Position numbers and translations under genes: made by a program
Shown: positions 9,837-18,344 of the stretch, in pieces
Numbering within the stretch: position 1 is the first letter of the stretch
Layout of the letters: each line of letters begins with the position of its first letter
The notes under the pieces: generated by a model
Told to the model about the DNA's origin: nothing
Database searches by the model: none
What the model saw: only the letters and a program-made list of their open reading frames with translations
Source of the DNA: a virus
DNA length: 64,000 nt
Virus record (IMG/VR): IMGVR_UViG_3300014838_000017
Location: 1 to 64,000 of that record
Reading direction: 5' to 3' (one strand)

Positions 9837-10274
9837 TTATGCTTTCATGTGCATTTGAATCAACTCTTTAGCTAGTTCTTCAATTGCCGGAAAATTATCA
9901 TCATGTCCGTGACACAATTCAATTATTTTCTTACCGATATGGACTTCTCTTGCTTCGGATGGATTGGACATGTCAGTTTCGGAATGGTCTTCCTCTTTTA
10001 CGAATTTCTGAGAATCTTCATTATCCATGTAGCCATACTCTTTGGCAAGGATACGAGCCTCTTGAATGGCAGTTTTTTTAGCTTCTTCCACGTGTTTTAT
10101 GTATCCTAGGCCCACACCTTGGAGACGCTTGTAGGAAAGTTCTTTGCCTCCAGCACCAAATACTTTCTTCAGACCTTCACGGACTAACTTGGCATTGGGG
10201 TTAACTTCGTCAACACTCTCGGTAATCAGTTTGAACTGGTTCCCGCCGACATTTTCGAATAGTTTCTGTTTCAT
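9837..10274 (-). CDS. Hypothetical protein, possible internal head protein
   Basis: The MKQKLFE start lies just after TATTTATA (10278-10285 on minus). Contains LITE/VKE motifs. Confidence 0.55.
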   Translation of the reverse strand: MKQKLFENVGGNQFKLITESVDEVNPNAKLVREGLKKVFGAGGKELSYKRLQGVGLGYIKHVEEAKKTAIQEARILAKEYGYMDNEDSQKFVKEEDHSETDMSNPSEAREVHIGKKIIELCHGHDDNFPAIEELAKELIQMHMKA

Positions 10275-10361
10275 GTCTATAAATATATGATTCATTGCGT
10301 CTTCATTAAAATAACTTGTGATTTGTGTTTTTTGTGATATAGTATAACGAAAGAATAAATT

Positions 10362-10499
10362 ATGGGGAGAAAACGAATATATAAGACAAAAGAAGAAATT
10401 CTAGCTAATCGGCGTAAACGTGCATTAGATTATTATTATAATAATCGAGAAAAATGTAAAAAGAAACGAATGGAGAGATATTATGCCGAACCCCAGTAA
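10362..10499 (+). CDS. 45-aa basic 'MGRK' micro-protein
   Basis: MGRKRIYKTKEEILANRRKRALDYYYNNREKCKKKRMERYYAEPQ*, paralogous to 37978 and 49830. Confidence 0.65.
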   Translation: MGRKRIYKTKEEILANRRKRALDYYYNNREKCKKKRMERYYAEPQ

Positions 10500-12294
10500 A
10501 GAAGACGTTATCGGAATTATACATTATAATAAATGTCATTATGGCCCCGTGATTAAGACTCAATTTCCTGAATTTCATTTATCTGTATCAACCGAATATA
10601 TTGGAAATTCATTTGGAGAAAAGTTATACCGATGGATACATGAACTTCCAAATGGAGGAGTTTGTAAAATCTGCAATTCTCCAACGAAATTCAAAAATAT
10701 TTCCGATGGGTTTAACCCATATTGTTCCTTAAAATGTTCCAACGGTGATCCCAACGTTAAGAAATTAAAAGAAGAAACATACCTAAAAAAATACGGTGTT
10801 AAAAATCCATCACAATCGGACTCCATAAAGAAAAAGAAAAGTGAAACATGTCTTAAACACTTTGGGGTCGAAAATAATTTATCATTGATCACTACACAAG
10901 AACGAATTAAACAGACTAATTTGAAAAACTATGGGGTGGAATATCCTCTTCAAAATGATAAGGTATTGGAAAAACAAAAAGCCACCAATTTGGAAAAATA
11001 TGGATCGGAATTTGTGGGCCATGTCAAAGAATTTCAAGAAAAAAGAAAAGATACATGTCTTCAGATGCACGGTGTAGAGTATCCGATTCAATCTTCAAAT
11101 ATACATAAAAAATTAGAGGCCACCAATTTGAAAAAATATGGCGCTGAACATTATGCTCAATCAGAAATATATCATTATAGTATTTGGAAAAAGTTTTATA
11201 ATATATTATTAAATTCTCCACGATTGAAAAATGAATTGATACCCATGTTTGCCGTAGAAGAATATAAGGGAATTGGGGTTAAATACAAGTTCCAATGTTT
11301 GAATTGTCATAATATATTTTACGATCACATGCAGGATGGGCGAATACCTCGTTGTTATGTGTGCTATCCTAGGGAATATTCTTCATATGGCGAACAGGAA
11401 ATAAAATCGTTTATACAAAATTTAGATAGTACATTACTTATAGAACAAAATACTAAGAATATACTCAAATCAGGCAAGGAACTTGACATTTATTTGCCGA
11501 CATTACATATAGCCATAGAATTCAATGGAATATTTTGGCATTCCGAGATTGGGGGAAATAAATCGTCACGATACCATTTAGAAAAAACAATAGAGTGTGA
11601 AAATAATGGGATACGGTTAATTCATGTTTTTGAAGATGAATGGTTGAATAAACAAGAAATTGTGAAAGACCGAATTCGTCATATTATTGGCTATTCAAAT
11701 AAATCGGAAAATATTTATGCTAGAAAATGTCATATACAAGAAATAGATTATAAAACATCAACTGTTTTTTTAGAGAAATTTCACATTCAAGGAAAAGACG
11801 CTGCTCTTATTAGATTGGGACTGTTTCATAATTCCGAAATGGTATCTGTTATGACGTTTGGAAAATTAAGGATTTCATTGGGAAATAAATCTAAAATTAA
11901 TGAATATGAAATGTATAGATTTTGTACAAGTAGAAGTGTGATCGGGGCCGCAGGTAAATTACTATCATTTTTTATAAAACATTATAATCCCACAAAAATA
12001 ATATCTTATGCTGACCGCCGATATTCAACAAATACCACATTTTATTCTAAAATAGGATTTGAATTGGTTGGCATAACAACTCCAAATTATTTTTATACGA
12101 TGAATTATTTAAACCGTCAACATAGATTTAATTTTCGAAAGAATATATTATCCAAAAAATTATCTACATTCGATCCTAATTTAACGGAATGGCAGAATAT
12201 GCAACTGAATGGTTATGATAGAATTTGGGATTGTGGAAATTTAAAATATGAATGGAAATATTCATGCTACAATAAGTATGGCGAAAAACATTAA
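10483..12294 (+). mobile_element. Hef-like homing endonuclease (KYG repeats, Zn ribbon, PD-(D/E)xK domain, GNAT-like C-terminus)
   Basis: Repeated T.L.KYGVE units, ELDIYLP..IAIEFNGIFWHS and a GYDRIWDCG terminus. Inserted antisense in the neck operon. Confidence 0.8.
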
Positions 12295-13452
12295 AATTCC
12301 CACATATATTAGTAATGGGACTCCCCGTAAGGTATCTTGCATTTGGTGATTAAATGCGGCCTGTTTCTCCATTTGTGCAAATTTGCCAGCGGCTTCTAAT
12401 TGTTCTTTTAATGTGTCAATTAAACGTTCTTTAGTTTGTTGTGCCTCAGACCGAAGTTCTGCGCCGTCGAGTGTAACCTCTCCGCCGGGTATAGGCATTA
12501 CTTGATACTTTTGACGAATAGCACCCAATATTTCCTTACAATTAGCAAGAAAGTATTCCCGAATCCACTGTCTTCCAGAATCGTTAATGGTGGTATATGT
12601 ATGATTTACATATGGAATATCAGCAAAATCCGATGCGACATCAGTTGATGAAATGGCAGCCGAAAGTCGGTCATTCTCAACAATATATTCTAACCAAAGT
12701 TTATAACCATATGTTGGGATTGGCATTAGTCGCAACCTATTGTTTTGCATTTCAAATGAAAAGGCAGATTTACGAACTAAATCGTTAAACTGAATAGCTT
12801 GACCACGCAATAAATCTTCAAATATAGGAGTCATTAAAAATTGAACTGCTGGAGAATAAGCTCCAAATCCAAGTTCTTGTAGAACATTACTATAGGACAT
12901 TCCTGTCATTGAGAATGGGTCATATATGCGAGCAAATGCCGGTGGGCGATAATGAAATACCCGTTTTACTTCTATACGCTGACAATTTTCAAGTGTATCG
13001 CCAATCAATGCCTGCAAGTCATAATCCTGTTGCATTGGTCGGACTTGAATGGCGGCTTTCTTCCAATCGACATTTCCACCAGTTCCTATTTCTGATCCAT
13101 AATCTTTGGCCAGTGTTACAACTTGTGGCAATCCACTACCTTGAATATTTCTTCCGGTTAATGTAGCATTTAATGGTTGTCCTTGGAGAACTAACATGTT
13201 GTTAATCATGTTATACTCGTTGACCTTGGCATTATATACGTTTACTGCCTCTTCGAAAGCGGCATAGAATTGGACATCAATAAGTTCTACCGCTACTGAT
13301 GGCCATCCTAGACGTTTTGCCGCCCATCCCATCGCATTATAACATTGCTGTTGGAATTGTGGATCGTTGTCATAAAGTCCAAAGGGGGTGCTCCCCGACA
13401 CTGCGGACCCGCTGCCGGGAAAACGAATTGCTGCTTGATTTGATATGGCCAT
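12262..13452 (-). CDS. Neck / head-tail adaptor protein (T4 gp13-like)
   Basis: RLGWPSVAVEL...QF....EEAV, WIREY.LA..KEILG.IR.KY...PIPGGEVTLDG.EL..EA and PL.IYVG motifs. Confidence 0.8.
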   Translation of the reverse strand: MAISNQAAIRFPGSGSAVSGSTPFGLYDNDPQFQQQCYNAMGWAAKRLGWPSVAVELIDVQFYAAFEEAVNVYNAKVNEYNMINNMLVLQGQPLNATLTGRNIQGSGLPQVVTLAKDYGSEIGTGGNVDWKKAAIQVRPMQQDYDLQALIGDTLENCQRIEVKRVFHYRPPAFARIYDPFSMTGMSYSNVLQELGFGAYSPAVQFLMTPIFEDLLRGQAIQFNDLVRKSAFSFEMQNNRLRLMPIPTYGYKLWLEYIVENDRLSAAISSTDVASDFADIPYVNHTYTTINDSGRQWIREYFLANCKEILGAIRQKYQVMPIPGGEVTLDGAELRSEAQQTKERLIDTLKEQLEAAGKFAQMEKQAAFNHQMQDTLRGVPLLIYVGILMFFAILIVA

Positions 13453-13560
13453 TTTATTGGTGGTATGTGCTCGTCTATAAATATAAGATAATATCTTCTC
13501 AAATGGAGATATTTATTTATGACCATTGCCATTAAAACGGCGATGATATGTATATTTCCA

Positions 13561-15552
13561 ATGAAACAACGTTCATATAAACAATATTTTAGAGAAAATC
13601 GAGATGACTTTGATCCCGATCATGAGTATTGGGATAGTGGATTGGGTGCGGCTGGCTGTATTTTTATAGCAAAAAGTACTGGTAGAATTCTGCTTGCTCA
13701 TCGAAATCCCGATGGAGATGACGAACATGGGACCGTTATGGAGGCAGATACTTGGGCTACGTGGGGAGGAAAGATTGATCATGGAGAATCTCCCAAGGAT
13801 GCAGTTGTCCGAGAAGTAGAAGAAGAAACGGGTTATGACGGAGAGTATAAGCTTTCTCTTCTATGGACATACGAAGACGCCGAGGTAGAGTTTAAGTATC
13901 ATAATTTTCTTGCTATTGTTCAGGATGAGTTTCTTCCTAAGAGAACGTGGGAGAATGATGGAGGAAAATGGGTTGAATGGGGACATTGGCCTCGTCCAAT
14001 GCATTTTGGATTGGAAGCTCTTCTCAAACATGCGGGAAATAAAATTCATAAAGTCGTGACTTTGATTAAACATAAACACGCACAGGTAGTGAAAGAAAAT
14101 TCTTCCCATTTTAGTTCCAACTCATTTAAAAATTGGTTTGGAAAAAGTGTGGTTAAATCTTCAGATGGAACTCCTTTAAAGGTATATCATGGTACAAATC
14201 AACCATTAATGTCATTTGATAGCACTCGTAGAGGTAGTTCTACTCAATCATCACCTTCTAAGCGAGGATTTTTCTTTACCGATAGTCCGGAAATTGCCAA
14301 TGCATATGCCGAAAAAGCAGGAAGAAGTGTACGGGCAAATATTTCTACGTATGAAAAAAAAGTTAAACAATTGATGCAATTAGTAGATAAACTGGAAAAA
14401 CGAGCACAATTGACCGGGAATTGGACTCCATATGAAAAGGCGATGGAACAATATGAAAAATTTGATCTAGATACTTTACGGGATGATGACATAACTGGGC
14501 AAAATATTATTCCGGTATATTTAAGAATGGAAAATCCACTGATAAGAGATTTCAAAGGAATTCCTGTTATGAGTTCTGTAGTTAATGAACTTATTGACTT
14601 GGCATTGAAAAATGGTAATGACGGAATTATCATGCAAAATGTTGTTGATCCCGCTCCTCCGTCTACACATTATATAGTTTTTAATTCATCTCAAATAAAA
14701 TCGGCTACAGGTAATAATGGAGATTACAATCCTAAAAAGCGTAACATTACAAAGGAAACGTTGACACTTCCTCCCTCTCCTCCTGCTATTATCCAACAAT
14801 TACCATCGATAAATATTGGTCTTATTGCTGATGCAATTTTTGTAGAGGAAGGTGGATTTAAAACCAAATATCCATATGGGGTTTCGGTTATGAAATCTGG
14901 AATAAAAACTAAAAGTCTAGATGATGCCAGACAAATATGCATTAATACAATCACTCACGCATATAAAGATTGGGTCTCCAAAGGACACATTGGAGATTTT
15001 ATACATTTCTTATCAGTAAAGTATGATAACGAAAATCACATAGAATGGGCAAAAAACATTAAAAAAATAATGTATAAATTGGGATATAAAAAAAAGGTTC
15101 CCTCTGCTATAACGGAAATGATACAGCGACAAAACCCTCATGATACAGTGGTATTCAAGAAGGGAATTGTGGGAGATGGATTATTTGAATATGAAATGCG
15201 TTCTCCATTCTCATTCATTCGATATAAGTTTTCCCCATCACAGAAATTGTTTTACTTTGACATGATTGGGACTCCACGATCTGAGGATCAAGGTCAAGGG
15301 CACGCTTCCGCAATATTGGATACATTTTTTCAGTTAATAAAACAATATCGAGGAACATTGGACTGTGATACCTATACAACTTCGGGGATGGAAAAGATCA
15401 AACCCGCCATTGAAAAGATGTCTAAACAGTTTGGAATCAGGATAATAAAGGGTGAAGATGATGTTGACAATGCCGATGAATCCGCTAAACTATCAGAATC
15501 AATTGGAAATGATAAAAATCAAGGCTTTGCCACAACCACAAGAATAAAATAA
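13561..15552 (+). CDS. Polyvalent protein: Nudix hydrolase + ART-PolyVal-like ADP-ribosyltransferase + lysozyme-like domain + GNAT
   Basis: Nudix box GGKIDHGESPKDAVVREVEEETG; FKNWFG.S...G.PL.VYHGT...FFTDS...AYA...PVYL..ENPL...DGII...YIVF...QIKSATGNNG; IADAIF.EEGG..TKYPYG; GNAT-like QGQGHAS. TATGTATA at 13547-13554 supports the 13561 start. Confidence 0.75.
   Translation: MKQRSYKQYFRENRDDFDPDHEYWDSGLGAAGCIFIAKSTGRILLAHRNPDGDDEHGTVMEADTWATWGGKIDHGESPKDAVVREVEEETGYDGEYKLSLLWTYEDAEVEFKYHNFLAIVQDEFLPKRTWENDGGKWVEWGHWPRPMHFGLEALLKHAGNKIHKVVTLIKHKHAQVVKENSSHFSSNSFKNWFGKSVVKSSDGTPLKVYHGTNQPLMSFDSTRRGSSTQSSPSKRGFFFTDSPEIANAYAEKAGRSVRANISTYEKKVKQLMQLVDKLEKRAQLTGNWTPYEKAMEQYEKFDLDTLRDDDITGQNIIPVYLRMENPLIRDFKGIPVMSSVVNELIDLALKNGNDGIIMQNVVDPAPPSTHYIVFNSSQIKSATGNNGDYNPKKRNITKETLTLPPSPPAIIQQLPSINIGLIADAIFVEEGGFKTKYPYGVSVMKSGIKTKSLDDARQICINTITHAYKDWVSKGHIGDFIHFLSVKYDNENHIEWAKNIKKIMYKLGYKKKVPSAITEMIQRQNPHDTVVFKKGIVGDGLFEYEMRSPFSFIRYKFSPSQKLFYFDMIGTPRSEDQGQGHASAILDTFFQLIKQYRGTLDCDTYTTSGMEKIKPAIEKMSKQFGIRIIKGEDDVDNADESAKLSESIGNDKNQGFATTTRIK
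15464..15491 (+). promoter_or_regulatory. Sigma70-like promoter for the CCA-adding enzyme gene
   Basis: TTGACA-N16-TAAACT within the 3' end of the upstream gene. Confidence 0.5.
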
Positions 15553-15564
15553 AAAAAGTTACTT

Positions 15565-16971
15565 ATGGAATCAAGAGCAACACCAAAACAACTCGTGGAA
15601 TTTCTGCGAGCACAAATCAAAGGCACTGAATGGGATGGCAAAGTATTCGCCGTAGGCGGATTTGTCCGTGACCTTATGCTTGGAAAAGAACCTAAAGACC
15701 TCGACGTAGTTGTCGGCGTTGACCAAGGTGGATTGCTATTCACCAAATGGCTTGGTCAAAAACTTGGAATTTACAAGGAAGGAAGCAACCCCGTTGTTTA
15801 TCCAACATTTGGGACAGCCAACTTGCGTCTTGAAGGCGTAACTTGGAATGGCATTGATTTCTCTACCGAGAATATTGATGCTGTAATGTTCCGTAAGGAG
15901 CAATACCACGATCCGAACTCAAGGAAACCAGTCGTTCAGTTTACTCCTGATATTGCGGTTGATGCTCAACGCCGTGACATCACGTTCAATGCACTGTATC
16001 TCGACATTGCCTCGGGCGATATTCTCGACCCTACGGGAAGAGGAAAGGAAGACTTAAAGGATGGCGTTATTCGCACGGCTATAGACCCATCAGTCATTTA
16101 CACAGATGACGCATTGCGTATGTTTCGTGCCGTCCGGTTTGCAGCCAAGATGAACTTTAAGTTGTCCCCCGAAGTGGTTGATGGCATAAAGAAAAATCTT
16201 CATCGGCTGGATAACACGTCTCGTGAACGTGTGCGTGATGAATTGAATAAAATTCTAGTTTCTGATCATCCAGACTATGGTATGAAACTTTTGCGTGATA
16301 CAGGATTATTGCCTCATATGGGAGCGGAACTCCAACAAATGGTTGGAATGACACAGAATGCATATCATAAGGATGATGTGTTCGATCACACGTTGGCAGT
16401 AATAATGGGCACACAGCCTGAGTTGCTCCGTCGTTTGATAGCCTTATTCCACGATATTGGAAAGGTTGTTACCCGAAGTGTTACACCTACGGGGGTTCAT
16501 TTCTATGGGCACGAATATGCGGGTCCAGAAATTATTGAACAGATAATGATGACGCTCAAATACCCACGGACGCTGATTGATGCTGTGAAGTTGGGAGTTC
16601 GTCATCACATGAAGTTGAAGCAAGGTGGAAATGATGCTGTCAAATTATCTGATAGCACGCTTCGTCGTTTCAAGATTGCGCTCGGGGATTATCTTGAACA
16701 AGCTCTTGATGTAATGCACGCAGATAACATCTGCCATGCCGACGCATCTAATATGCCCAATCAAATTGCGGCAGTGAGGCAGCGTCTATCCAAATTGGAT
16801 ATTAAGGTTTCCAAGCCAAACCTTCCTATATCAGGGAATGATTTATTGACATTGGGATTCAAACCGGGTCCATCAATTGGAATGGCTTTGAAAGCCGTGA
16901 CCGACAAATGGTATGAAAATCCACAAATATCCAAAGAAGAAGCACTGGCGATTGCCAAGACTATGCTATGA
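15565..16971 (+). CDS. cca: CCA-adding tRNA nucleotidyltransferase with HD domain
   Basis: VGGFVRD...KDLDVV, RRDITFNAL, DDALRMFRAVRFA, ERVRDEL.KIL, HT...HDIGK...FYGHE and a C-terminal GNDL..LG.KPGP.IG. Confidence 0.9.
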   Translation: MESRATPKQLVEFLRAQIKGTEWDGKVFAVGGFVRDLMLGKEPKDLDVVVGVDQGGLLFTKWLGQKLGIYKEGSNPVVYPTFGTANLRLEGVTWNGIDFSTENIDAVMFRKEQYHDPNSRKPVVQFTPDIAVDAQRRDITFNALYLDIASGDILDPTGRGKEDLKDGVIRTAIDPSVIYTDDALRMFRAVRFAAKMNFKLSPEVVDGIKKNLHRLDNTSRERVRDELNKILVSDHPDYGMKLLRDTGLLPHMGAELQQMVGMTQNAYHKDDVFDHTLAVIMGTQPELLRRLIALFHDIGKVVTRSVTPTGVHFYGHEYAGPEIIEQIMMTLKYPRTLIDAVKLGVRHHMKLKQGGNDAVKLSDSTLRRFKIALGDYLEQALDVMHADNICHADASNMPNQIAAVRQRLSKLDIKVSKPNLPISGNDLLTLGFKPGPSIGMALKAVTDKWYENPQISKEEALAIAKTML

Positions 16972-17708
16972 TTAAACTTAAGCGGCTCATAAATGAAGAT
17001 ATAGATTCGCAAATTGGTATCACGATTGACGATATTACAGCAGCCGTATCATCTAAATGGGGAGACCGAACGGCTAAAATCACATTGGGCGTCATTGAAG
17101 ATTTCTATTTTTCGGAAGACCCAAAGAAGCAAGAGTATGCCCGTGGATACATCGAACTTTTGAATAAGGTATTGATGGCGGTAGTTCAAATTGTTGGAAA
17201 CTTGAAAATCCCATATGTCAATTTCAAACTGGTAAAATCTTATTTGCTTGAATTGACCGAGTATCGAACTAATGTAGAAGAATTCTTTCCATTTCCATTG
17301 TATATTGCAGCCACGAGAAATGCAGATGGGGATTGGGCAGAAATTGGTGTTATGGTGGATCATACCGGAAAAGTATTAGAAGTACATGAAGGAAATGACG
17401 AATCATCGGCTGAAACGATTGCATTGGCAAATAAACTGGTTAACCCGGCAGGAAAGAAAGTAAGGGTGTATGGGCATCATAGTACTAAGTTGTGCTATAA
17501 AATAGAAGAGACGGGTTATTTGCCACCAAATCTATATGTATCTCCACGTAAAGAATTGAGTCCTAATTGGGGTCATGCCAGTGCTGATTCTCAAGATGAA
17601 CGCTCGATGTTCACTGGAATCATTGATCTTAATGATGTCAATCAAGAAGATGAAGTCGCTTGGAAAACTGTAGGAAATACTAAAATAGACAAATTTAGAT
17701 GGCTATGA
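16968..17708 (+). CDS. Hypothetical protein, possible degenerate ART-fold C-terminus
   Basis: MIKLKRLINE N-terminus. C-terminal VRVYGHH...I...G.LP..LYVSP. Confidence 0.55.
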   Translation: MIKLKRLINEDIDSQIGITIDDITAAVSSKWGDRTAKITLGVIEDFYFSEDPKKQEYARGYIELLNKVLMAVVQIVGNLKIPYVNFKLVKSYLLELTEYRTNVEEFFPFPLYIAATRNADGDWAEIGVMVDHTGKVLEVHEGNDESSAETIALANKLVNPAGKKVRVYGHHSTKLCYKIEETGYLPPNLYVSPRKELSPNWGHASADSQDERSMFTGIIDLNDVNQEDEVAWKTVGNTKIDKFRWL

Positions 17709-18256
17709 TAAATCTTAAAGAACTCTTGGGTAAGAACGATGATGAAAATAGCGATCAAATAGATACCGACCGTCTATATTGGAATTCTTCCTATCGTGAT
17801 GAAATCCTTGAGAAGTTGGGGTATCAAGCCGATTTCAATAAAGAATTTTGGGAATATCCCCGGACATTATATCATTGCACCCCCGCCGAAAATGTTCCAT
17901 TCATCAAAGAAAAAGGGTTGACTTGTCAAAGTAAGACTCGTGGCATTAATAACCGTTCGGTTGGGCACGCTATCTTTACGACGCAGGAAGAGGGAGAAGT
18001 AGAATCTGTGCGGCAATCTTACGGTCCAATCGTATTCGCCATAAACACCCGAAACATGAAACAAGATGGATATACCCCATTTGTTACGCCAGAGCCAGAA
18101 GTAGTTGAAGCTTTGGAGTTAGAATTCATTTTCCAAAAACTTGGTCAAGACGTAGAACTTTCCCGATTCATTGATTCGAGTGGAGGAATCAGTGAATATA
18201 CCGTCATCGTGCATGAGAATATCCCACCTAAATATTTATCCATAGTTGACACGTAA
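17705..18256 (+). CDS. ADP-ribosyltransferase-fold (Tpt1/KptA-like) protein
   Basis: TLYHCT...V..IKEKGL...AIFTT...YG..VFAIN...HENIPPKYL pattern. Confidence 0.6.
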   Translation: MINLKELLGKNDDENSDQIDTDRLYWNSSYRDEILEKLGYQADFNKEFWEYPRTLYHCTPAENVPFIKEKGLTCQSKTRGINNRSVGHAIFTTQEEGEVESVRQSYGPIVFAINTRNMKQDGYTPFVTPEPEVVEALELEFIFQKLGQDVELSRFIDSSGGISEYTVIVHENIPPKYLSIVDT

Positions 18257-18344
18257 TTAATATTTATACGTGTATGCCTTGGCATAGGTATTTTTAATCC
18301 AAATTACTCCATTGATTGCCTATTTATAGATAATAGCAATCATC

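Noticed and set aside
12262-12294. Hydrophobic C-terminal tail (ILMFFAILIVA) on the neck protein as a membrane anchor
   Set aside because: It follows the family-like PL.IYVG end and overlaps the convergent HEG, so it is probably incidental read-through after the insertion.
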